Source of the DNA: a virus
DNA length: 64,000 nt
IMG/VR virus record: IMGVR_UViG_3300049847_000494
Location: 1-64,000 of that record
Strand: one strand, 5' to 3'
Part shown: piece by piece, positions 54,537 through 62,798 of the stretch
Layout: each line of letters begins with the position of its first letter
Position numbering within the stretch: the first letter of the stretch is position 1
Position numbers and translations under genes: made by a program
Notes under the pieces: generated by a model
The model's database searches: none
What the model was told of the DNA's origin: nothing
Seen by the model: the letters and a program-made list of their open reading frames with translations, nothing else

Positions 54537-55324
54537 AAAACCTCGGTTAAGTTACTATATAGGTCTTCAGCTCGATTACCAGATAAACCTGACATCTGCC
54601 CGTCATTAAGCTCTACAACCTTCCATTTACCATCAGCTGTTTGAGCTACATCTATTACAAAAAAGGGTACATTAGGGGAAACTATTGAGATTACTTCATT
54701 TAACCAGCTTAGTGGTACTTCGGATATATCTGGGATATAAGGTAGATCTTCAGAAAAAGCATCCCAGTAGAAGCCACCTGTGAGGATTTGACCATGACAT
54801 ACAAAATATCTAAATTCCTTAGTAATAGGTAGACCTGTCAGGGTCGTACCTAAACGGTATAGCTCCTCATAGCGTCTAATGTAGATATGCTGTGTACCTA
54901 CAAGCGAGTCTTGTTGTAGGGCTACATGTACTTTTACAGCGTCTTCCCAAGTTTCGGCGTACATTTTAGTTAGAAACTGGTTTTTCAGGCTATTGGTAGC
55001 ACCTTTTAGTATAAAAGGTGCTTCAGACTTAGGTACCTGATCAAGTGAATACCAAGTTTGGAAAGTAAAGTTTTCTAAATCGGAATAATAGTTACCTAAA
55101 TCTGCAACATAGTTATGTTCGCTAACAGAATTAATAAGCTTAGAGTTGTTAAAGGTAATATCAGTAAAAACTTCTTGATAAAAGGGTAGCACAGAATACC
55201 TACCAATAACCAAAGAGTTAGGTGGTATTCTACTTCTAGAGGTGTAAGCTGGAAAGCTAGCCTTAATTGCCTCTATCTCAAAGCTTTCAAGCTCTGAGGG
55301 TCGATATAATATAATAGGTTTCAA
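54530..55324 (-). CDS. ATP-grasp domain protein
   Basis: PFILKG, EFRYFV, FFVIDVA...WKVVELNDGQMSG. Confidence 0.75.
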   Translation of the reverse strand: MKPIILYRPSELESFEIEAIKASFPAYTSRSRIPPNSLVIGRYSVLPFYQEVFTDITFNNSKLINSVSEHNYVADLGNYYSDLENFTFQTWYSLDQVPKSEAPFILKGATNSLKNQFLTKMYAETWEDAVKVHVALQQDSLVGTQHIYIRRYEELYRLGTTLTGLPITKEFRYFVCHGQILTGGFYWDAFSEDLPYIPDISEVPLSWLNEVISIVSPNVPFFVIDVAQTADGKWKVVELNDGQMSGLSGNRAEDLYSNLTEVLC

Positions 55325-55436
55325 ATCGTTGTGCCTCGCAACTTAGCTAAATATTTAGTAGCATTAATAGCCGTAACAGGGAGATTCACAGAAATTGTAA
55401 CAAAATCATATACTTCTGGCATAGTTTAAGTCTCAA

Positions 55437-55802
55437 TTAAAGATTAGATTTACCATCGGGTGTATTGTAGCCTAAAAATCCTATGATTACATTCTGCACA
55501 AGAGCATCAGGATCAAATTCCATCTCTTTACCATTCATGGTACTAGCTTTAATTGCATATTGCAATACTTTTCTAATACCATCTTCGTACCTTTTACGAT
55601 CAGGATCTGATGTTCCTGTTTGGAATAGGATAGGAGGCTCACCACGATCCTCGTAGACCCAATGATCCTCCGGTAAAGGCAAAGTACCTGTGAAAAAACC
55701 ACTACCATCAGGCAGCTTAGTTACCTTTGAAAATATAAAGTTTGGCTTTCGGTGCTCAGCACACGTCCAATCTTCAGCACAATCACAGTCTTCTCCAGTC
55801 AT
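55437..55802 (-). CDS. Hypothetical protein (121 aa)
   Basis: ATGA overlap. Confidence 0.65.
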   Translation of the reverse strand: MTGEDCDCAEDWTCAEHRKPNFIFSKVTKLPDGSGFFTGTLPLPEDHWVYEDRGEPPILFQTGTSDPDRKRYEDGIRKVLQYAIKASTMNGKEMEFDPDALVQNVIIGFLGYNTPDGKSNL

Positions 55803-56398
55803 TCACCACCACCTTTCTGAGCCTTTTTAACCAGTTTAGTTACTTCTTCAATAGGTGCTGGGTAGTAATCCCAAGCATCTACACCCACATGGACAGTATT
55901 TTTACTTGTTAACTTTACAGTATCGTGTGTATGACCATGAACAATTACTGTGCCATTTCTGGGTGGTCGTTTATCTTGGTGACGCATATCCTGGGAATAA
56001 CCTGCAAAAGGGTAATGTGAGTAATAAACAGGTATACCATCTATACTTGATTTAAAGTATTTAGGATAAATATCTAAAAATCCCATTTCTTTAAATTGAG
56101 CATCTTTAAACGATTTATCATGATTTCCCCTAAGTAGGTACTTTTGACCATTAAGGGATTGGGTTATTTCTTTAGCTACCAGAAAAGGTAAGAAAAAGCA
56201 ATCCCCTAAGAAAAGGACCTTGTCATTAGGACCTACTAAGGCATTGTACCTATTGATAAGCTCCTCTTCCATATGTGTTATATGGGTAAAAGGTCTGTTA
56301 GAATAGGTTATGATCGATTTATGTCCAAAATGAGTATCAGAATATAAATAAGAAAAATCAATATTTTGAGATATAATCAAGTTTATTATACCTTTCAC
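55799..56398 (-). CDS. Calcineurin-like phosphoesterase
   Basis: SDTHFGH, FLGD, RGNHD, SHYP, HGHTH; start uncertain. Confidence 0.88.
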   Translation of the reverse strand: MKGIINLIISQNIDFSYLYSDTHFGHKSIITYSNRPFTHITHMEEELINRYNALVGPNDKVLFLGDCFFLPFLVAKEITQSLNGQKYLLRGNHDKSFKDAQFKEMGFLDIYPKYFKSSIDGIPVYYSHYPFAGYSQDMRHQDKRPPRNGTVIVHGHTHDTVKLTSKNTVHVGVDAWDYYPAPIEEVTKLVKKAQKGGGE

Positions 56399-57314
56399 CT
56401 TTCATATATCTAGAGATTAATTTCAAGCAAATATCGTGCTCCTCCCAACTATTTTGATAGTATTTTATGTCATGAAAAAGTTCTTCTAAGGTTTTATTAC
56501 TACTTTTACTAAATATTTTTCTAATATTGTCACTGTGGGACATAATTGTCCTATTAGCAGGATGACGTAATATTTCAGGAAATACACCTACTTTAAAACC
56601 ATCCCATCTTGAATAAGAATGATCTCTAACAACACCTTTACTATTTGTATCTTTATTAAAAACACCTAATTTAGGTAATATTTCAGGAAATACACCTACT
56701 TTAAAACCATCCCATCTTGAATAAGAATGATCTCTAACAACACCTTTACTATTTGTATCTTTATTAAAAACACCTAATTTAGGTAATTTTTCTAGCTGTT
56801 CTTTGTCTGTAACTAAATCAAACATTTTAGAAATCCAGTTTGCTAATTTAAAATATAACTTATATTCATCTTGATCTATAAGTGGAATCCAATATCCAGA
56901 GGCTTCCATTTTTAGTCTATACTCTTTTTTATAACTATCAGTAAATTTCGCAGCAGAGGCTTTACCAATAATAGCCTTCATGTCATCACTATGAGGAGTA
57001 CCTTTTCTACCTATATTAGCTTTTGACATTTTGGCTCTAGACTCTGCAGACATTACTTTGCCTCTATGAAAATCCCCTATAGCATCTCTCCTCTCTTTTG
57101 TCATATGCGAGGATGTTCTCAAACTACCAGCAATTTTCTGCTCCTCTGTCCACTTATTCCCCAAATTTGGATTATTTTCGCCTTTAAGAGATTCTTTATA
57201 AGACAAACCTTTACATGCATTACTACAAAATATTCTGGGTCTTAGTAGGTGTTTATAGCGCTCAACTATAGTATTACATACGATACAAGCTACTTTAACT
57301 TTAATTTTAGGCAT
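56358..57314 (-). CDS. Free-standing homing endonuclease-like protein (NUMOD3-like repeats + HNH-like domain)
   Basis: CIVC/FCSNAC, ESRAKMSKA repeats, RDH...HPAN......HSDN. Confidence 0.7.
   Translation of the reverse strand: MPKIKVKVACIVCNTIVERYKHLLRPRIFCSNACKGLSYKESLKGENNPNLGNKWTEEQKIAGSLRTSSHMTKERRDAIGDFHRGKVMSAESRAKMSKANIGRKGTPHSDDMKAIIGKASAAKFTDSYKKEYRLKMEASGYWIPLIDQDEYKLYFKLANWISKMFDLVTDKEQLEKLPKLGVFNKDTNSKGVVRDHSYSRWDGFKVGVFPEILPKLGVFNKDTNSKGVVRDHSYSRWDGFKVGVFPEILRHPANRTIMSHSDNIRKIFSKSSNKTLEELFHDIKYYQNSWEEHDICLKLISRYMKGERYNKLDYISKY
56567..56787. repeat. Exact 108-bp tandem duplication
   Basis: Units start at 56567 and 56675 and are bounded by GTAAT; encodes LPKLGVFNK...GVFPEI twice. 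Confidence 0.92.
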
Positions 57315-57319
57315 GATAT

Positions 57320-57347
57320 ATTAGTAATAATAATTATTATTACTAAT
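57320..57347. repeat. Perfect 28-bp palindrome
   Basis: ATTAGTAATAATAA/TTATTATTACTAAT. Confidence 0.92.
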
Positions 57348-57382
57348 GTGCCTCAATGGGGGTCCGATATTAAAAATTATAA

Positions 57383-57574
57383 TTAGTCATACTCACGAGG
57401 ATCTGTTAGTAGAGGCTTAAAAGCTAACAAATCATTACCATTGACCCATAAATAATTAGCGGATTTAAAAGCTAACTTATTTAAGGAATCTAATGTATGC
57501 GTATTACCTTGTAAATCAGTATCACCAACAGATAACAAAGCGATTACAATATAAGGATTAGATTTTTTGACCAT
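57383..57574 (-). CDS. Hypothetical protein (63 aa)
   Basis: ORF on the coding strand. Confidence 0.5.
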   Translation of the reverse strand: MVKKSNPYIVIALLSVGDTDLQGNTHTLDSLNKLAFKSANYLWVNGNDLLAFKPLLTDPREYD

Positions 57575-57620
57575 TTATTTACGCGCCATGCTTTTGACCT
57601 AATTTACAATTATTTGTATC

Positions 57621-58712
57621 TTAAGGTGGTGTGATTGATTTATACTTATATTGTAGTACGCGCTGTACCTTAGATCTACTTAAATTTAGATAATTTAAAG
57701 CGTAGTTAGTTAGTTTTCTATTGTCAGTAATATCATTAAGTTTTACATTTTTTGTATTCAATAACCAACTTTCAAAATCTTCTAAATTCTTATCGTAAAG
57801 AATGTCAACAAATTTAGCCATTTTAGAGTCTAAACTTGATTTAATAGCATTATAAAACTCAGCAGATGAAAATTGTTGTTCAGGTGAACATTGAAGGGTA
57901 CTTGCATCTTTTAGCATAGAATCTGTAGTATCATAATCTAATCGATATGTTGAAATCTGATAATCTTCTACCTGATTAGCACAAAAACCTGTTTGCTCTC
58001 GACAAAGTTTACATGCACCACAATCTTTCTGTACACTAAATATGCGAGCCCGTTTCTTTGTCGTATAAAAATGTATAAAATTAGTTAAATAGTTCTTAAT
58101 ACCTTGTTTTACATAATTTTCTATTTTAAGTAGATCATGTATACCATTTTTATGTAGATGCTCATAATACCTTATCAACTTCAAGGCTTTAGTTTGCAGT
58201 TCACTACATAAATCTTCAGGTAGTATAGCATGATCCGCTGTAGATATAAAAGCAAGTTTTTTATAAGCTAATAATTTACAAAATTTAGTTACACCTTTAA
58301 GGACAACTGCTAAGTCTTTATCTGATAAAGGTTTGAGTAATACGTCCTCTGTTGTGGAGAATTTTATAAAAGTTGACAAATCTCTATTAGGTAGACCATC
58401 TAAACAAAAATATACGTCGGATGGACTAATATTTTCCTTTTTAGCCGAATCTTCAATAGATATACCATCACGGTATATCCTGATACAGGATCTCCAAATA
58501 GCACGAGTTAGATAAGAATCTGTGATAGCAGCTTTTAAAGGCTTCAACAATTCCTTTGATTTTAGCTTAGAGGATAAAAGATACATCATTTCATCATAAA
58601 GTTTTACATTATCCAATAAAACTAAATAGGATACGGCTCTATAGGCTAACTGTAAATCCCCATAAGTTAATGTTTCAAAAAAAGGATTTAATTTTTGACT
58701 AAATGTCTGCAT
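57621..58712 (-). CDS. Putative phage sigma-factor-like protein (363 aa)
   Basis: EDLCSEL...ALKLIRYY...NYVKQGIKNYLTNFI resembles sigma region 2; possible C-terminal HTH; SD AGGAG. Confidence 0.5.
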   Translation of the reverse strand: MQTFSQKLNPFFETLTYGDLQLAYRAVSYLVLLDNVKLYDEMMYLLSSKLKSKELLKPLKAAITDSYLTRAIWRSCIRIYRDGISIEDSAKKENISPSDVYFCLDGLPNRDLSTFIKFSTTEDVLLKPLSDKDLAVVLKGVTKFCKLLAYKKLAFISTADHAILPEDLCSELQTKALKLIRYYEHLHKNGIHDLLKIENYVKQGIKNYLTNFIHFYTTKKRARIFSVQKDCGACKLCREQTGFCANQVEDYQISTYRLDYDTTDSMLKDASTLQCSPEQQFSSAEFYNAIKSSLDSKMAKFVDILYDKNLEDFESWLLNTKNVKLNDITDNRKLTNYALNYLNLSRSKVQRVLQYKYKSITPP

Positions 58713-58723
58713 AAACTCCTAGT

Positions 58724-59494
58724 TTAGTCAAGATCTTGTTGTTTTTGTTGCTCTTTTGCGTTTTTCTCCACCTGTTCTGGATCTTGTTCGAATTCATCAC
58801 AAATATCAGACTTCTCGTATACATGCTCTTTGGTATACATGCATACACGTAAGTTTACGCAATCACCGCAATAGTTAGGCGTCTCATCAAATTCTTTATT
58901 TATCTTTGATACGGAGTCTTTCACATTTTCAAAACATATATCACAAAAGCTTTCAGCTTGAGAAATAGCATTAGGTTGTGGACATACTTGCATAATACAC
59001 CCTAAACCAAGACAATGAGCACCATCTAACTCCACCATAGAGTCAGGGTATAGCTTAGAAAGCTTATCCAAAGCACCTTGCTGTATAAGCGTGGCTTTGG
59101 TATCATTCATAAGCTCCCTTTTAGCTTTAACTTGCATAACCATCTTATGAGATCGACGACGAACAGCTTTAAGGGAATGACCGAGCTCATGTAGGGCTAT
59201 TGTACACAAGGTCTCTGCATCAGGATGTGATGCAAACATCAATTTACCCATAGATTGCCCGGCAAGAGGCTTGACGGTTTCAGCTGCTACTAACATCCTA
59301 AGATGTCCACGAGGTAAAGGCAAGCCCCAAATACCAGCTTGCTTGTAAGCAGCTTCAACATAACAAGATAAAAGCCTATCATGCTTCGCTGGTGCTTTCC
59401 GCACCATATAGTTTAAATTCATCTTGACCAGCTTCTCCAGGAAGAGCTTTAATGACATCTCTTCTGCGCCTTCAAGTAAATATATTTCTAACAC
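58724..59494 (-). CDS. Zinc metallopeptidase, archaemetzincin-like
   Basis: HELGH followed, after an insertion, by HC....CIM and FCDIC. Confidence 0.6.
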   Translation of the reverse strand: MLEIYLLEGAEEMSLKLFLEKLVKMNLNYMVRKAPAKHDRLLSCYVEAAYKQAGIWGLPLPRGHLRMLVAAETVKPLAGQSMGKLMFASHPDAETLCTIALHELGHSLKAVRRRSHKMVMQVKAKRELMNDTKATLIQQGALDKLSKLYPDSMVELDGAHCLGLGCIMQVCPQPNAISQAESFCDICFENVKDSVSKINKEFDETPNYCGDCVNLRVCMYTKEHVYEKSDICDEFEQDPEQVEKNAKEQQKQQDLD

Positions 59495-59572
59495 TGTAAC
59501 CTTCTTTGTTTTTGGTTAACTTCAACCTAACACATAGCAGAAAAATTGCAAGCTATGCAAACAAAAAATGTG

Positions 59573-59601
59573 TTGACATGTTTCAAATTTCAGGTTATTT
59601 T
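59573..59601 (+). promoter_or_regulatory. Sigma70-type promoter
   Basis: TTGACA-N17-TATTTT, then SD AAAGGA and ATG 59625. Confidence 0.55.
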
Positions 59602-59624
59602 ATCCTTCCTTAGAAAGGAATATC

Positions 59625-59879
59625 ATGTACTTACAAATTCTTGCAGTGATTTTTTTATTTGTTTTATGTTGTATAGTTTTATGGTGTGTTGGTGCTGCTT
59701 TAACATTTGAACGTAATTTAAAAACTCTGGATAAGATCGAAGATTACAATATTTATTCAGTAATACCGCCAACTTATAATATGGATAATTATATAAGTGA
59801 TGAAGTTTCTGAGGATGATATAACACAGCCGTTTATACGACTGCCTACTTTAGAAATTAAATCTAAACACGAAGCTTAA
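59625..59879 (+). CDS. Small membrane protein (84 aa) on the opposite strand to its neighbours
   Basis: Own promoter and SD; N-terminal TM helix. Confidence 0.65.
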   Translation: MYLQILAVIFLFVLCCIVLWCVGAALTFERNLKTLDKIEDYNIYSVIPPTYNMDNYISDEVSEDDITQPFIRLPTLEIKSKHEA

Positions 59880-59880
59880 A

Positions 59881-59911
59881 AAGAAAACCCACCTAGTTTG
59901 GTGGGTTTCTT
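59881..59911. terminator. Bidirectional terminator
   Basis: AAACCCACC-TAGTTT-GGTGGGTTT between convergent genes. Confidence 0.8.
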
Positions 59912-59931
59912 AGACAAAGTAAACTTACTTC

Positions 59932-60648
59932 TTATGACTGGACAGGGAAGTTAAACTTGATTCCAAGTAGACCGTCAGTTGTAGAAGGTAGCTTCGATAC
60001 GAAACCAAGTGCATTGCTTGCACCACCAGCTACGGACGAAACCTTACCACCAGCAGCAGGATACACAAGTGAACCAATTGTGTAGTTTACAGATGTATCG
60101 AACATAGAGGTAAAGATTTCACCTTCGCCCATAAGTACGCTAACCGAGCTAAAGTAGTCCTGAGCGCGGTTATTGATTGAACGCTCATGGAAGCGCTCAA
60201 GGCTCTGTTGTAGAGTTAGATTGTAACGGTAAGTTACTGTTACAGTCTCGCCCTGCTGAGCAGCTACGAAGGAGATAGCACCAGTTGCATCAACTAGGCA
60301 GTATTCGCCAGCACCAAGAGAAGCACAATCTTCAGTTAGAACGCCAGTTACCGAAGCAACTACACGCTCTGAACCAGATACGATATTGGTATTACCAAGG
60401 AATACCGTACCACCACCAGTAGGTACTGTAACAGTATCAACTACTGTCTCAGTAAGAACCTTCATAGCATCAGTAAGTGCAAAACCAGCATACTTTTGTG
60501 CAGCACCTGTAGAACAGGGTTGTACTGCCATACCACCAGCAAGGTTGTCTACGAAAACAAGAAGCTGAGCTTCTTCTGTGATCGTCTGCCCTGCCTTAAC
60601 GGCATATTCACGAGCTTCTGTATAATGGGTTTTAGTTAAATCAAACAT
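59932..60648 (-). CDS. Virion structural protein, possible head decoration/cement (238 aa)
   Basis: SD AGGAG; beta-rich; last gene of the head module. Confidence 0.55.
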   Translation of the reverse strand: MFDLTKTHYTEAREYAVKAGQTITEEAQLLVFVDNLAGGMAVQPCSTGAAQKYAGFALTDAMKVLTETVVDTVTVPTGGGTVFLGNTNIVSGSERVVASVTGVLTEDCASLGAGEYCLVDATGAISFVAAQQGETVTVTYRYNLTLQQSLERFHERSINNRAQDYFSSVSVLMGEGEIFTSMFDTSVNYTIGSLVYPAAGGKVSSVAGGASNALGFVSKLPSTTDGLLGIKFNFPVQS

Positions 60649-60663
60649 TTTATATTACTCCTA

Positions 60664-61611
60664 TTAGCGATTGATTACACGAGAGTTGTTACGTGCACGT
60701 AAGCCGAGAACACCTTTAAGCTGTTGTTTCTCGTCGGCAACTTCAAAGTCAGCTGCAGCTGTATAAGTCATGAGATTGACATTTTTACTGGCTGTGATAG
60801 TAAGGTCATCCACTTCAACAGTGGGTGTGCGCTGAGGCAGATCATTAATCTGCTCTTCAATTTCACGATAAGCTTCAGGTGAAAGCTCACCCCACTGCAT
60901 CGCTTTCTTGAAAAGAGCTTCGAAGTACTCTGAGGATTTCTCCTGGAAAGCAGCTTCAATGATTGCTACCGCACGGTCATTCTCAATACCCGCAGATGTC
61001 ATGCGAGAAAATAGAGCACCCTTAAGAGGGTTCTCCGTGATGAAGTTCTTGCTATTCGCCGTAACAACAAGATTAAGTGTATTAATCATATCATTACGTA
61101 GATTTGCCTTTGCCTTGCGAATTTCAGCTAGTCCCTCTGCCTTGACCTTAGCTTCAATAGCTGAATAAGCTGTTGAAGATTCAACCGCAGAAACATAAGG
61201 ACGAGCACGAACACTAGTAAGTACTTCATCAAGATCCATACGTGAAGCAGCGCTTGCAATGCCATTAGCATAACCGTCGGTTGTGAAAACCTTAGAAACA
61301 CTACCAACATCATCCTGGTCGCTAAGACGAATCTGAGCAACAGGCTGACCATCAGCACAAACTAGCCAATGAGGATCAGAAGATCTCTCGTTGAAAAGTT
61401 GTAGGTGAAGTTCAGCAGCCTTTGATACTGCTTTAGGATCAAGTACAGCTGCCACTAGCTTCTCTGCTACAGAGGCTGCACTTTTCTGCACGGACACTTC
61501 CTGTGAAACAACAGTCTGAGACTGAGCAGCACTAACAGCAGGCTTACTTGCAAGCCTCTGATTACGAGCTGATCTTAAGGCTGCTTTACTATCAAGAGTC
61601 ATGTTTATCAC
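60664..61611 (-). CDS. Head-module protein, possible scaffold (315 aa)
   Basis: Ala-rich and helical; lies between the protease-like and decoration-like genes. Confidence 0.5.
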   Translation of the reverse strand: MINMTLDSKAALRSARNQRLASKPAVSAAQSQTVVSQEVSVQKSAASVAEKLVAAVLDPKAVSKAAELHLQLFNERSSDPHWLVCADGQPVAQIRLSDQDDVGSVSKVFTTDGYANGIASAASRMDLDEVLTSVRARPYVSAVESSTAYSAIEAKVKAEGLAEIRKAKANLRNDMINTLNLVVTANSKNFITENPLKGALFSRMTSAGIENDRAVAIIEAAFQEKSSEYFEALFKKAMQWGELSPEAYREIEEQINDLPQRTPTVEVDDLTITASKNVNLMTYTAAADFEVADEKQQLKGVLGLRARNNSRVINR

Positions 61612-61731
61612 CTATAATACTAGCCTTTTGATTTAATTAGAAGATTTTTAGCACCATTACTAAAAAACTTCTGCTCCGGCTAACAGGAGCTATAACCCAT
61701 CGAAACGGGTTTAATTAATATTAAATAATAT

Positions 61732-61983
61732 TTATACAGTAGCGCCTTCTGCTTTTAGAGCAGATTTCAAAGAAAGAACGGATAATGTATGCACTAAACT
61801 TTCAATAGTTTTAATCTGCTCTTTAGTCGCAGGCAATGTTAATTGACCTTCAGCTAACGCTGTAAGGGCTTTAGTAAGCTTTTGGGCTGTATCCGCTTTT
61901 AATTCTTCAATATTGGAAGGTAGAGCTAGTTTCTCTAAAGACTTAGCTACTACCGTTATACGCTTTTTAATTGAATTTTTCAT
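61732..61983 (-). CDS. Hypothetical helical protein (83 aa)
   Basis: SD AAGGGT. Confidence 0.6.
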   Translation of the reverse strand: MKNSIKKRITVVAKSLEKLALPSNIEELKADTAQKLTKALTALAEGQLTLPATKEQIKTIESLVHTLSVLSLKSALKAEGATV

Positions 61984-62007
61984 GAATTACCCTTTTAAAA
62001 TTTTATT

Positions 62008-62751
62008 TTAAGCCCAAAGAGAACGCCATTTATCATATGCAGTATGATCTGCTGGATCCGTGCCAGGCAAAGCTGAAGTTTCGATGTAGTTGACCTGCTC
62101 ACAGTACTCAAAATTGAGATAACCTTGAGTTATCGTACCTTTACCTCTACCATGCTGCTGATGTGAGCAAGCAATCCTACCGTTAGAGCTGGTAGCATTA
62201 CAGTTAGGGAAACTACATCGTGTTAAGCCTACAAATGCACCCATGGAGTAACCAACAGGTTTAGATGTATTCAATATATCAGAAACAAGTTTTGCATCCT
62301 TCGTACGATCCCAGGCAGCTAAAACTACAATCTTATAAGAACCATCTGCTAGTTTCTGTAGTTGTGAATCAAGATGCACCCCACGAGCTTTCTTAATATC
62401 TTTGTTGTCATGATCCCGATGGGTGGGCTTGCCTATAAAAGTCTGATAAGCTATTCTACCAATTTCAGGATTGAACTTAGTTACAGCACTAAAAGAGAAA
62501 GCATCCAAGTTTCGATTAGGAACATCTACAGTAACTATAGGGATCTCATTAATAACATAATCTTTAATATCAGGTGATATATTATAATCTTCAGAAGCTA
62601 TTGGCAACCAACTAATATCAATATGACCCGTATTATTAAATATATGATTAGAAGCGAGCTTGAGCTTACCAGATTTAGGATCTAGAAACTGCTCACATTT
62701 GTAACCTTCAAAATGGCGTATAGCAGATGTAGCTTCCCCAAGTTTAATCAT
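62008..62751 (-). CDS. Putative prohead protease-like protein
   Basis: PNRNLD, FIGKPTHRDH, YSMG, IETS...DPA pattern of HK97/herpes-fold maturation proteases; follows the portal-like gene. Confidence 0.6.
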   Translation of the reverse strand: MIKLGEATSAIRHFEGYKCEQFLDPKSGKLKLASNHIFNNTGHIDISWLPIASEDYNISPDIKDYVINEIPIVTVDVPNRNLDAFSFSAVTKFNPEIGRIAYQTFIGKPTHRDHDNKDIKKARGVHLDSQLQKLADGSYKIVVLAAWDRTKDAKLVSDILNTSKPVGYSMGAFVGLTRCSFPNCNATSSNGRIACSHQQHGRGKGTITQGYLNFEYCEQVNYIETSALPGTDPADHTAYDKWRSLWA

Positions 62752-62798
62752 AGTTAGTATACCACCTATCTAAAATAGATAATAATTTAAAATTATAG

